Shown piece by piece: positions 23,835 through 36,402 of a stretch of DNA of 64,000 nucleotides. The translations under genes and the position numbers were made by a program. The notes beneath the pieces were generated by a model, which was not told the origin of the DNA, did not search any database, and worked only from the letters and a program-made list of their open reading frames with translations. Each line of letters starts with the position of its first letter. Position 1 is the first letter of the stretch. Source of the DNA: a bacterium (GTDB lineage: Bacteria > UBA8248); assembly GCA_965213685.1 (NCBI GenBank), contig CBDBZY010000041.1, forward strand, positions 64,001 to 128,000, given 5' to 3'.

Positions 23835-26411
23835 CTGTTATGTATGATGACTCAAGCAAAGATCAAAGTATATAACCACAGCCACTTTAGAAAAATGCTC
23901 TAGCCACATCCTGCCATGTCGATTGCAGATAGAACATGGAAGAGTCTGCACAATTCCCCATACTTTATATGTCAAACTTCTTAGAAAAACCACAGTGGGT
24001 CTATAATGACCGCCACGATATCAGGAGGTAGAAGTACTAAGAAACTATGAACGCACAAGCTGCATACTGTACATGTATATACGCTGCTTTTAAAGTGTCC
24101 AGTCCAGTGGTAATGGATGGTCAGGCAGGTGCTGAGGAGCATATAGACTTATGTAATCAAGATTCCTTTCCTTGCTTCCCCTTTCCCATGAACCTAAGCA
24201 GCTGGCATGGTATTGTCTCAACTGGCAATGGGATAGTGAGAGCACATGCACACTCACTGCGATGGTACTGAGTGGTAACAACCCTCTCCCCTATATATCT
24301 ATTGCACAAGATGTACAATAGGCAGTGAAGTGTGGAGCACTTTGTCACAAAGGACATCATCCCTTAACTGGCATATGAGGAACCATTGTACTATTGTAAC
24401 ATCTCACATGTGTGGTATTGCTACATCAGCAGTAGTAATATAAATTCATTTTAATTGCAGATGACATACAAATAATATGCTTGTACTTGTACATGATGTC
24501 ATACAATTTAAGGGATGAAGTGGAGTGTTCATGAGTGCACAGAACTAAGTTTAAACCTAAAGGACTGTGGGAAAAGTGTGTGGTGTGGAGGAGTGAGATG
24601 TATTTCTTCATGTACATCTGCAGCAGTAATAAATTATGCCTTGTACATGTAGATGACAGCATACAAAGTTGTTTATTGACGACATCATAAAATTAACAAA
24701 AATGAAGATTATCATTCATGAGTCCACAGAATGGCAGTTGAAAAGGTCTTGATGAACTGAGGGTGGATGAGCGGAATGGATGGAAGGAGTAAGATGATGG
24801 ATTTGTGTTGTACTTCGACCTGACTCAGAAAGGCTATGGCATGTGTACTCACATGTACATGTATAGACACATGTATGTGTGCATAACATGTGTCAGTCTT
24901 TTTGTGTACGTGTGTGCTATTTGTAACACGTATGAACAAATTTAATTGAGGAAGAGAGCACAGCGCAGGTGACGTGGCACATGTCACAAGTACACCAGTT
25001 CATAATGAAACAACTGATCATATTCCCTGTCACAATAAATAATCAGTCTAGTCTTTTCTTGGTTGAATGTACATGTGCATCAAATGACAAGAGCTCTCAT
25101 TTAGTGTTTTCACCAGGTGTTCTAGTAGTAACTTGGAAGGTGTATCTTTCCCACACACTTATTTTTGTGTGTTATTTTCTTACAACCTGACTTTTTATTT
25201 CCATAGTCATCTCCCCCCCCCCCCCCACACACACACACTTGACCTTCCCACCACTAACCTCTGTCTCCTCTCTTCCCTTCCCCCTCCTCCCTTTCTCTCT
25301 CCCAGGAGTTTTCCAATGCCTGAAGAGAGAGGAGGGGAAGGTGAGGGAGGAGCGGAGTTGATAATTGTTTCATTTTCTTCACAGGCAGCCAGCCAAGTAG
25401 GTGCTCTGGATACTGGCTACATGCCAGGAGTGACCAAGAAGGACCTGAAGAATGTCAAGTTCCTCTATCTCCTGAGGGAATTAGTTTGAACACCACCTCC
25501 CCTCTCTTCCCCTTCCTTCAATCTCTCTCCCTCTATTTTGCCTCCATCACCTCCTCTGTTCACTTTCCCTCTCTCCACTGACCTCCCCTCTCTACTATCT
25601 CCTTCCTTACTCCCTCCTTAGCCTCCTACTTTCCACCTCTCTTCACCTTCATCTATTCCCCAGGATTCGGGTTATATCACAAGTGTAACTTCTTTGTGAT
25701 GTTATATATAATTACATGACATTGTACATATTTGTAGAGATCATAGTAATGTTAGTGTGTTCAAGCATGTACATTGTCATACATAGCCAGGAAAGAATGT
25801 AATTCTACATTGAGTGTTACTTGCAATGGTCTCTAACATAACTATTCAAATTCTGTCAGTCGCAACTAAAAATGATGTATACAGTACTGTTGAGTAAGAG
25901 TTTTGTCTTCCTAGTCATACATGTACTTTGGCTGAAAATAAGAACCAGCAGCTGAAATGAGCAATACACTAGACAGTTATATACAGCTACTAAAGTTCCA
26001 AAATAGTTGTGATGTCTGGTGTTTGCAACAGGAGTTTTAGGTTAGCATAAGTCATCAATATATAGCTAATTAAAATAGCGTCACAGTATGTATTGCTAGT
26101 GCAATAACTGGGGGGTGTGGCCCTTCCATAGCCATGGGTGACAGCCCCCCCCCCCATCCCCCCTGTATTTCTTACACCAGTGTTGAAGCACATGGCAACA
26201 CCTGAAGGCATAGTGATGACTAGTATGTAACATAAGTACACATGCTGCATCTTCTGTGTGTGAACATAGAGTACTGTCTTCTTGCTACAATTTGGCTGCA
26301 ATAGAAAACTTAAGATTAGCAATACAGTATACACACCACACATAACTTAGTCTGTGACATACAGCATGGTAGAGTGATGTTCTATTGCGATATATTGTGT
26401 ACTGATGTCTC

Positions 26412-28848
26412 ACCGTGGATTGTACTTGCAAAGGACAAGAGTGTCAGTCCAGCTTCCTGATCTGCATTGCTTCACCCCACACCCCACCAGTTCAGTATTG
26501 TCCCAGACAACCTGGAGCAACAAGGACAAAACTATAAAGTAGCAAAGGGTCCAATACCAGGTAGGAACAGTTAATTTACTTTATTAATTTTCTTCATTAA
26601 TTTGAGGCCACCTTATTATTTTTGATTAAAATGGTAACTGACTAATACAGTTATCTTACATGTCACATTGTTGCAAACAAAAGCAAAGTTACACTCCATG
26701 TACCTATCAGCACACTCAGATCAGAGCTGAATTGATAGCACAACTGAAAATAGGGCTAAACAGAGTGGGCGATACTCAAAATGAAGAGTTCATACCCACG
26801 CAGTGAAATTGTGAGGTACTTAAATATTCCTTTACTCCTTCTTTTATTTCCACCAGGCAATTAGCATCTTGTGGGGTAGGGTATTTCAGCTTACACCACA
26901 TTAAGATCTAGGTTTTGTCATGCACATTTTACTAGCAACCTCTTCTGATGCTAACCTGAGTGTAGTGTCCACAGGACTCATCTGGAGGTGCATTGCATCT
27001 ATTGGTGCTGTAGTCATACCACCATTCTTCATCATGCCAAAAGGTTAACATGTCTATAATCCACAGCATTGTCTGTGCTCCCAGATACACTGGATTTGTA
27101 CACATTCTCCCCACTTGGGCGATGGTGGGCAAGTGGACAGCCATTGACATTGTCAAGATAGTTTTGAGCAGAGTTTGCCAATGCCAAGCTCTACCTCTGT
27201 GTGTTCATAGCAAAAGAGCAAATTAAAGTGAATTTCAGCACATGTGACAAAATTGCTACCATGGAAAAAGTAACAAAGTGATACTTCAGCAAAGTACTAA
27301 TATGAGACAAATTGTGTATGTGTATATTAAGTAGTTCTTTTTAAGAGTGTACTGCATCACTGGTACCATTCTTTTCATATTAGCTGCTTGTGGTGATGTG
27401 TTTTTGCGGAATTTATTGTGCTGGTTGACAATTGCACTTCTTTCCTCTGCAGTAATCCGCAGTGGAGAATTGTCTGCATAGCGAATGCAATACTGCATGT
27501 AATTACAATCAACATAATGGCAGCTACTAAAGCTCTGAAACTTGTGACATGTAGTACTTACATATATGCACTATGTATATACTCAAGGTGACCTCAGCAA
27601 TAAACTACACATACACATGTATAAAGGTATGCAATGAACTGATTACCTATCGATGAAGGTGGTGGAGATGGACTTGGTAGGGTAGCCACTGGACTATTTG
27701 TAGAACAAGCTTCCTGTGGCTGCTGGAAGCACACCTTGGCAGGAGACTGCCTGAATGCAGTTGAGATCCAAACAAACATATTGCTATCTGGATCAGGCAC
27801 TCCCAGCCTTGTGCGGGCAGGGATGTCATAACAGATGTTCTGTGATGTGACACTGTAGCACTCAGTCCCTACACGCATGTAGGAGAGGGTAAGAGCTAAC
27901 ACATCAGTGACCTCTCTAGCAGAAGTAACTGTTTCAGTAAAAAGTTGGAGCACTAACAATTATGTGCACATGCAATCAAAGACAGTTTTAGCGACAATAA
28001 ACACAGTCCCTACACCCATGCAGGAGAGGGTAACGATATATAGTAAAAACATATCAGTGACCTCTCTAGCAGAAGTAGCTGTATCAGTTTTTTAAAAATT
28101 GGAGCACTAACGCACTTGTGTGGGCCTATCAAAAGCACCGACAATACAATAAACTCCCGCTACAGGCAGCTGATAATCTGACAACCACTTAGAAATCCAT
28201 AGAAATACTTATCACCTGGCTAGTTTTGACCGGTTCTAACTGTGTTACAAGCCAGTTAAAGTCCCGTTTACGCTCGTATACTACGGATACTATTGAACGC
28301 GGTTGCCGTCTCGACTGAAATCATAATATGTGCTATCATTCTCTCGACCTCATACCCGTAGTACACTCGCACGGTGCGTTAACTAGTACATAAATGTGCA
28401 AAATCAAAGTGATAACAGAGGCAAACCAAATATTAACATTGCAACGAATACAATAGGGCGCTAAGCAGTATTTTGAATATTATAATAAAGTATTGGTTGT
28501 AATTTACTAATTTACCATCACTCCTTTGCCGCTGACAGAGGGTAATTGAAGGATTAGGGGAAATGTTAGGGTAGCGAATGTAGGCAGTCACACAGTCTCC
28601 ATCCACACAAGCCCAAAAGTTGCCATGTCCACTATCTACATCTCTCTGACTGGAGCAAATCTCAACTGATTCAGAAGTATCAAGACATTACAAAATGTGG
28701 TAGTGTAGTAGCTAGCTGCAATTGTGCAGGAGCCATGCAGAACATACTCTGTATACACGTACCTACACAGAGAACGATGCTTACCAGAGAGTGAGGTGGA
28801 AGCAAGAGTGGCAACCATAATAGTGACAATAAAATTGATAGAAGCCAT
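26412..28848 (-). pseudogene. Secreted CAP/SCP (CRISP/PI16-like) protein, at least 6 exons, disabled
   Basis: Signal peptide MASINFIVTIMVATLASTSLS. CAP motifs HNKFRK..P.AANMKRM, GENVY, W.DE...YDY..N.C....CGHYTQ|VVW..T..VGCG...C......CKYNP. TAG at 27193-27191 replaces the conserved Trp, and there is a frameshift near 27055. The 3' end is unresolved. Confidence 0.8.
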
Positions 28849-29734
28849 GGCATTTGCGGGTGTTGAAGGGCGTTCATAAAGCTGTAGGTACTGTTTGGCA
28901 AGTTTCAGAGTTGTGTTTTGTTACGACAGGGATTGCTTCTTTTATTTCTGCCTTAGGACGCTTTTGGCACCTAATGAGATTTTTTACATTATGGCAGCAA
29001 TCCGCCCAGTAACTGTGGTCTCCGGGACAATGTAGTTTTAAAGAGTTAATAGACTTTTCGTAACTAGTCCAAATTTCAGCCCCCTCCCAAAATATTGACG
29101 CCTAAAAAACTTTATTGAGAGGAGTAGATGGAGCATTCTTTCTCCACTGAAAATGTTTTAAGTACTTTCTTCAGTGGAGAAAGAATGTTCCATCCTGTAT
29201 GGTTGTTTTTGGGGGAGGTAATGGGCTTCTATTTGAGGGTATGATAGTTGTATCTGGGGGGTGTATACTTCTATGGATGTATGGTACCGTAGTTTGGGGG
29301 CGGGGGGTATATATGGTACTTCTACCCACTACCATACCCCCCAAATAGAAGTACCATACCCCCAAAATAGTATCCTCCGTTCATACCGTAATTCGCACTT
29401 GTTTTAATTGAGAGAAGTGCATAGCGTAATTTTGACACTAATTTCCCCCCATAATACCTGCGCCCGTATCTCTAATGAACATTCCGACTTAGTGGAGTCT
29501 TATCCAGGGCCTACGTGGACAAGCGACTGTACTTTAGCAGTGAGCGGGCTCATCATAGGCGCTAGATCGAATCACAGGCTATATTCCTTCTGTACTTTTG
29601 TAGCCTCGTTTCCAGTCCACTCGGCGGGAGCACTTGAAAGCCGCGGGTGCCGCCGCGGCAGCTGCGTTCAGTTTGCCAGCCGCGTCGCCGCCACACCTCT
29701 TGTAGACAACCAACTTCCTTCACATTCCACATGC

Positions 29735-30612
29735 ATGGCCTACTGCAGAGTCGAATCTAGTGATCTGGTAGAATTGTGTGAGAGACTATAAAACTAGAAT
29801 TACCGAGAGCCGGTTCTTTGCTCATTTCCGCCAGGAACGTGATTGCAGGACGAGTGGAGGGAAAGGTCTACACGGACAAATGGCCAGGATTTAGTACAGT
29901 CGTGTTCCAGTGCCTCCAGCCCAGACTCTCTGATGAATGTGACCTCTACTGCTACACTACCTCCAAACAACAATTGTGTTGTGTCCTGGAACAGGCTCAC
30001 CTTGTGACCAAAGGTCAATGGCAATATATACAAATTGTAGAGGATGATGATAGTACAGTAACTGATTATGTTGTCCGCAACATTCGATCTGAGGGAGAAG
30101 TGAGATTGATCCATTCTAATGATTACTCAGTACAAGAGTTTGGAATGTACACCTTGCTGGGACAGCTCCCAGCTGCCAGTGCCGAGTGTCCTGTAGGGTA
30201 CAGGCTTGGAAGGCTGGCAGTTGAGCACAGCACATACATATCATCTCAATCAGGGCAATGGGCTTTGGCTTTGGGAAGACCTGCCGGTGTCGTGAAAGAG
30301 TACTTCAAGCATTGCATTCAGAGGTTGCCTAGTATTGCTGTCTACTGTGATTATGATTCTATCACACCAGTGGCCTGGCTGATGCAACATTCACCAAATG
30401 GCACGTTGGGAGGTCTCTTTACTGTTGAGGGGCATCGAAGGAAAGGGTTAGCTACTGTTGCTGCACGTGAAGTATGTGAAGTGATCATTGCTCAAGGTGA
30501 TACTCCAATGTCATGTATTCGAGACGGGTCATCTAGTGTCAAACTGCACAGCAAACTAGGGTTCCTACACGTTGGCAATGAGAAAGATGTGTACTTGCAC
30601 ATCAATGAGTGA
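29735..30612 (+). pseudogene. GNAT/GLYAT-like copy 3, +2 (TA) frameshift near codon 18
   Basis: AGACTATAAAAC here versus AGACTAAAAC in copies 4 and 5. The remainder is open and nearly identical to copy 4. Confidence 0.85.
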
Positions 30613-31882
30613 ATATTGTAGTTACAGACCACAGCATAGTTCATCGTAAGTGTCCTTTCAGTTTGTGTATAGTCTTTATACAGGTGTGTATTATCTTTAT
30701 ACAGGTGAATATGAACCAGTACGTAATTTAGGTATGCATCTTTAATGTACACGAAGCCGATGCCAATTGTAAATCGGTATATATCCCGTTTGCGGCACTG
30801 AACGAGATAACTGTAAACTATTTTCAGAGACGCATGTTCGGTCAGACCCTCACGTGCACGTGCGCCACGGTACGGCCCGCGGGTATGCTGGGCACGAGTG
30901 TTTCCCGGCCATACTTGTATCTCGTGCTTGATGGGAGCCATTGCTGGAATGGTTTTAGATTTATATTCTCTATGATAATAATAAAATGGGATACTCTGAT
31001 AACGTGGAGCCCACAGTATTGCATCATGTGAAGTACAATCATGTGATTTGACTGTGAACAGGTTTGCTTAGCATGATCGATATTCAAACATAATAATATG
31101 AAACCTGCTTGCACCACAGCAGCAGTCTCACAAATCAAAAGCACTGGTGGTATGCAGTTTTTCTCCTAATAGCCTCTGCTTGCATGATGTCATTCAGCTG
31201 CAACTGAGATAACCTTAGCAAGGTTAAAACAACCATCTCTTTTTTGCAGTGTAGGCAAGCTTTCTTATGGTGTATGATAAACTGCAGTGGCCCACAAGAG
31301 GTGAGTGAGTTTCAGCACCAGGTGTATGCCTGAGCTTACAAAAATCAGTTTGGTACGTACAAGAGGGACAGTGCTGTGATACAAAAATGCTACACTACAC
31401 CCACAAGATGCATAACACTAGAAACATACATAAGCGTAGTTTGCCTAGACTCGTTACTACCATACACAACAGTATAGACACAGGTGTTTCCTCTCTGCAA
31501 GCAGAGGGTTGGTGGCTGTGCTAGCTTACCCACTCCAGTCACACTTCCATACCACTCTCCCACAGTCTCCCCTCCATACCCACTTCCAAACCAGTGTCCT
31601 TGTGTGTACTGCTCATGCAGCCCTATCCCCTCACTGCTGCCCCACTCCTGCGTTCTGCAGATGTGTTTCAAAACCTTGCATGTTTGGCCAGACCTTCCCC
31701 TTCTCATTTCACTCATGCACACATGTCACAGAATGTGGTCTGGTTTACAAAATTAGCCAACCACCAAACTAGCAGGAGACTTGATGGAGACACACTCTTC
31801 CTTCTCCTTCCCTGTCCCATCTCCTTGTCCTTTGCTCTACCATACCCCCCAAATAGAAAGTTCATACAGTAAATCCCACTGG

Positions 31883-33410
31883 TTAGACCATAGCCACCTC
31901 AAATCCTGCAATGTGATTGCATGGTCAGCAGCAGGGCTCTGAAAACTCATAGATCCCTACAGAATCTACATGCATGAATTGGCTATATAGTGCCCTACAA
32001 CTTTAACAAATTACCCTAACAGTTTTCTTGTTAAAGTTGTAGGGCACTATGATGTTTACTTGTTAAAGTTGTATAGTTGCCAGACTATGGTCTAAACAAC
32101 TTAGATACTGTGTCCAATGGGATCTATTGTATTTAGAAACCCTCGGGCCCTTAGTAGTGCCCTCGCTGCGCTCGGGACACTATAGCCCAGGGCCCTCGGG
32201 TTTCTAAATACCGTAGATCCCTTGGACGCAGTATCTAAATATAGGTTAGATACCGAGACCATGGGATCTATGGGCTTTAGAAACCCGAAGGCCATGGGCT
32301 GTAGCGTCCCGAGCGCAGCGAGGGCGCTACTAAGGGTCTGAGGGTTTCTAAAGCCCATAGATCCCATTGGTCGAGGTATCTAACCATTTTAGAGTATAGG
32401 CATGTTTTCATGTAGAAGTTGTAATGGAGGTGTCATGTTAGACATGTTTTCATGTACAAGTTGTAATGGAGGTATCCAGTTAGACATGTTTCATGTAGAA
32501 ATTGTAGGAGAGATCATGTTTTCGTGTACAATAGAGATCTGTAATGGACCAATCAAATGCACTCAAGTAGTAATACTATACTCTAACTGTTATTTAGACC
32601 ATTCCATCTGTACGCGTGGAATTCAATTACATGACTTCCGGTCCAGTCAGTGGTGATAAAGATTTTATCATACGCAACCCTTATACACGATTTTATATGG
32701 TGGTATATGGGGACTCTCGCACATATTCGCGGCGCTCTACATACATCTACGTGATACGCAATCGGCACGTGCCCTATACCGCTGTAAAGAGCGAAGTTCG
32801 AACTAGCCGACGGTGAAAGGAGCGAGTTTTTTGACCGCTGCGCTCAGGAGTTAGGTCTGGGTAAGAAGACAATGTTTCCAACCACTTCTTGGTCTGGCGG
32901 ATCGTGAAGAGAGCAGCCTGGTGAGTCTTCCATGGCTCTACCACCTCTGAATGTATGTGTAACTACTTTCCTGGCTGTTTGTAGTGTCAGACTGTGAGTG
33001 GCGTCTAAGGAGCCTGGATACTGGACACCCACGGGGCTACGCCACGACGTATGCGCTGCTCCGACTCCCTAGACGCCCCACACTCACATTCAGAGGTGAA
33101 TATAAGACTCACCAGGCTGCTCTCTTCACGATCTGCCAGACCAAGAAGTGGTTGGAAACATTGTGTCCTTATCCAGACCTAACTCCTGAGTGCAGCGGTC
33201 AAAAAACTCGCTCCTTTCACCGTCGGCTAGCTCGAACTTTGCTCTTTACAGCGGTATAGGGAGGTATATAGTGCGTCGCGAAGATGCGAAGGTCTCCATA
33301 TACCACCATATAGAATCGTGAATAAGCGTTGCAATCTTTATCACCCCAGTGCATTAAAAAGCCAATGAAATATAATTGCATACTCTATGCTCTTAAAGAA
33401 AAGGGCCTAA
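31883..33410. mobile_element. Array of five palindromic cassettes inserted into duplication unit B
   Basis: Modules 31883-32095, 32101-32238, 32246-32383, 32389-32586 and 32594-33410, each TTAGA..TCTAA (last ends CCTAA). Absent at the paralogous sites ~29400 and ~44895. Confidence 0.8.
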
Positions 33411-33550
33411 TAAGAGAAGTGCATAGCGTAATTTTGACACTATAATTTCCTTCATAATACCGGCGCCCATATGATGGCATATCCCGACTTAGTCAGTGGA
33501 GTCTTAGCCACAGGGACTAAGTGGACAAGCGACTGTACTTTGACAGTAAG

Positions 33551-36219
33551 CAGCCGATAGGCCAGCGGTCCTAACATTGCAGATACAGGAAGTCATTACG
33601 TGCTTACATTCCATTGCGCAATTTTCCCATCACTTACATCCTGTTTCTTTTCCTCGTTATATCTTGGCAGCGACTCGACCTGGCGACTTGAGCAAGTACT
33701 AGCACGTAGAGCAGCCCTTTTGCGTTCTACCTGTGTGTAGTACAACACTGTTCGTTACTCAAGCGCCCCACGATGGCGCCGCATCTACACACTATTTGCT
33801 GGCCAGCGCTCGCAGTACCCCACGCAGAAGCTATCTCATTTTGGTTTGCCTGAGCCAATTCTCTCAGTTCGAGCGCTACAAGTCAGGCATGCTGGTAGTT
33901 ATAACATACAGCAAAGTTAACTGGTTCCGCTAAGTTGCAGTGGAGTTACGAGTGGTGAAAATGTAATCAAAAACAATCATTTAACGTAATGAGTAGAGCA
34001 TACATAACAAATACACTAGGATCAGGTTCTCCACTTCTGGGACCTCTAAAAACGTGTTTCACATTAGGGAACATAAGGAAACAGCATGAATCAAGGACAG
34101 AGTTCCACAAATGTAGACGAGCCACATCCTGTCTGGTAGATGTATAAGAAAGTAATACGCGCCTCATTGATATACATGTAGGCTAAAATGAATACCACAG
34201 CAGCACATAAGCACATGCAGGTGGTACTTCTTCATCACACGAAGAATGTGAGGGAAAGCATCTTAAACATCACTCACTGTTGTATCACAAATGTCAGACA
34301 TAAACAATCATTTTCATTCCCATCGTCAGTTTCACTAGTGTCACTCTCAAAATTGTCAACCATGGCAATGTTGTATTTCCACTTAACCATGCTACCAGTT
34401 ACCTCTCGTTCTTCTTGCTCATTCTCATCCATTTCTACTGCTTTACCACAAGGGGTGTTTTGGTAGTTACTACACCTGTTATATTTGGCAGTTACTCCGA
34501 ATAGAGGCCCGGGCCTCTATTTCCTTCGTGACATTCTTTACCCAGCCTCTAAATAGAGCCGGCCTCTATTCGGGGCCCGGCCTCTATTTTTATAGCTTTA
34601 TATGCGTGTGCATGCGACGGGGCACCCAATGGCTTCACTGGTGCCGTGGGTCGTACCAGATGAGTTGACAGGGTATGTATGAAGCCTCATCTTATCGACT
34701 GAATGGAGGCAGTTCTGGACTGTTCTCTACATTGTTTGTGTTTGTGTGTGACAGTAGTTGTGTACAGTGCCATGCCCTAATGGGTCCATGCCATAATGAT
34801 TCTGATTCTGATTCTGATTCTGGCACCTGTGCTCCGTTAAGACTCCTTGTCCGTGCAGCTCACAACTCGAAGCTTGAATGTAATGTCGTAGCACTTTTGC
34901 TTGGACACCATGGCGACTATCACAGTTGTAGACGCTAGATAGCCATAGATTTAGATACACAAAAGTACACACACACGCACGAGGGTTTCAAATTGAGTGG
35001 GCGGGGCGTGAAAGTGGTGGCCTCAAATTGAGATCCGGCCTCTATTTAGTAATTCACTCCGTTTACCCCCGGCCTCTAAACGAGACCAGCTTCTATATAT
35101 TCGGAGCCGGCCTCTATTTGGATAAATACAGTATGTAGTGGCATATCTCTTTCCAGCTTTCATGCAGGCATGAGCATCTGAGTGGACAGGAGCTAGACTA
35201 ACTATCTCTTGCCTCCACTAAAACACCGGAAGAGTCCCAGTCAACCTGCAAGCAGCTATCACTAAGACCTAGCAGCGATCCACCTAAACCTACAGAGCAG
35301 GAAGAGGTATTAGGCGTTCGGACCAAGTGGTATCTTCATCATGCTTACGTTTCACCCCATAGTGTCACTTTTCCTCACATTCTTCATGAAATACACAAGT
35401 TGGTTGTGCTGTGTACATAAGCACAACTGGAGACTAGTACTACACACAATCCTTCCAATACCAACACAAAGCATGCTTGCTAGTTTTAACATCAACTGCC
35501 TCAAAAAATGAAATGCAACACTTTCATTTCCTTCGTCCCATCGAAATCTGAAAGGTTCACCATATCTATGCTTCTTCAGAGAGCGCCTAATGCTACTTTC
35601 ACAAGCTTTGCACATGCACACATGAGTATGGAAGACATAGTAACTCACTTCCTCGTTGAAGAGTGTCTGCAGGGCCTCGTACCACCATTGGACCTTCCAT
35701 AGAACTTGGACGAGCAAAGGGAGGACGTGCTGGAAAGACCCTGACTCTTCCTGCCGTACACACAATGCCACGTGTAGCTGTAATCAACAAGGGTATTCGG
35801 TCCCGTGTATCTCCGTACCTATCGAGCGGAACCTGACTGTTTTTACCATAATTATTGTAGCCCAACGCATGGACTCTACGTCAGCGTCGAACTGTGAATA
35901 TTGCTTCAGGCAAACCACAATGAGATAGCTTCTGCAGAGGGTACCTCGAGCGCTTGCGATTACATAGCGTGTAGAAGCGGGGCCACTGCAACGATTAGAA
36001 ACGCTTTATCTTCATGCCATTTACACTTTTAAAATGTAGAAGGACTAGCCTACAGGAAGCCTTTGCCTCGAGTCCCTAGCTTCAATCGCCTCTAAGATAC
36101 AGCCCGAAATATACTCAGGAAGTATGCGTTGAGAAAATTGCATGATGGAATGCGGGCACGTAACAACTTCCTGTATCTGCAATAACTCTAGTGTTTGTGG
36201 ACCGCTGGCCTACCGACTG
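33551..36219. mobile_element. Non-autonomous DNA transposon with ~340-bp imperfect TIRs and 4-bp TSD (Academ-like)
   Basis: CAGCCGATAGGCCAGCGGTCC / GGACCGCTGGCCTACCGACTG termini, TAAG duplicated. Empty site CAGTAAGCGGG at ~44957. Decayed Cys-rich ORF on the minus strand at 35352-35865. Confidence 0.75.
34489..35131. mobile_element. TcMar/pogo-type MITE nested in the Academ-like element
   Basis: Right end GGCCTCTATTTGGATAAATACAG-TA with repeated GGCCTCTATT motifs. The left end is degenerate. Confidence 0.55.
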
Positions 36220-36402
36220 TAAGCGGGCTCATCTAGGTGCTAGATCGAGTCACAGACTATATTCCTTTTGTAGTTTTGTAGTCTCGTTTCCGGTCCACTC
36301 GGCGGGAGCAAAGCCGCGAGTGCCGCCGCGGCAGCTCTTTCGGTTTGGCAGCCGCGTCGCCGCCACACTTCTTGCAGACAACTTCCTTCACATTCCACAT
36401 GC

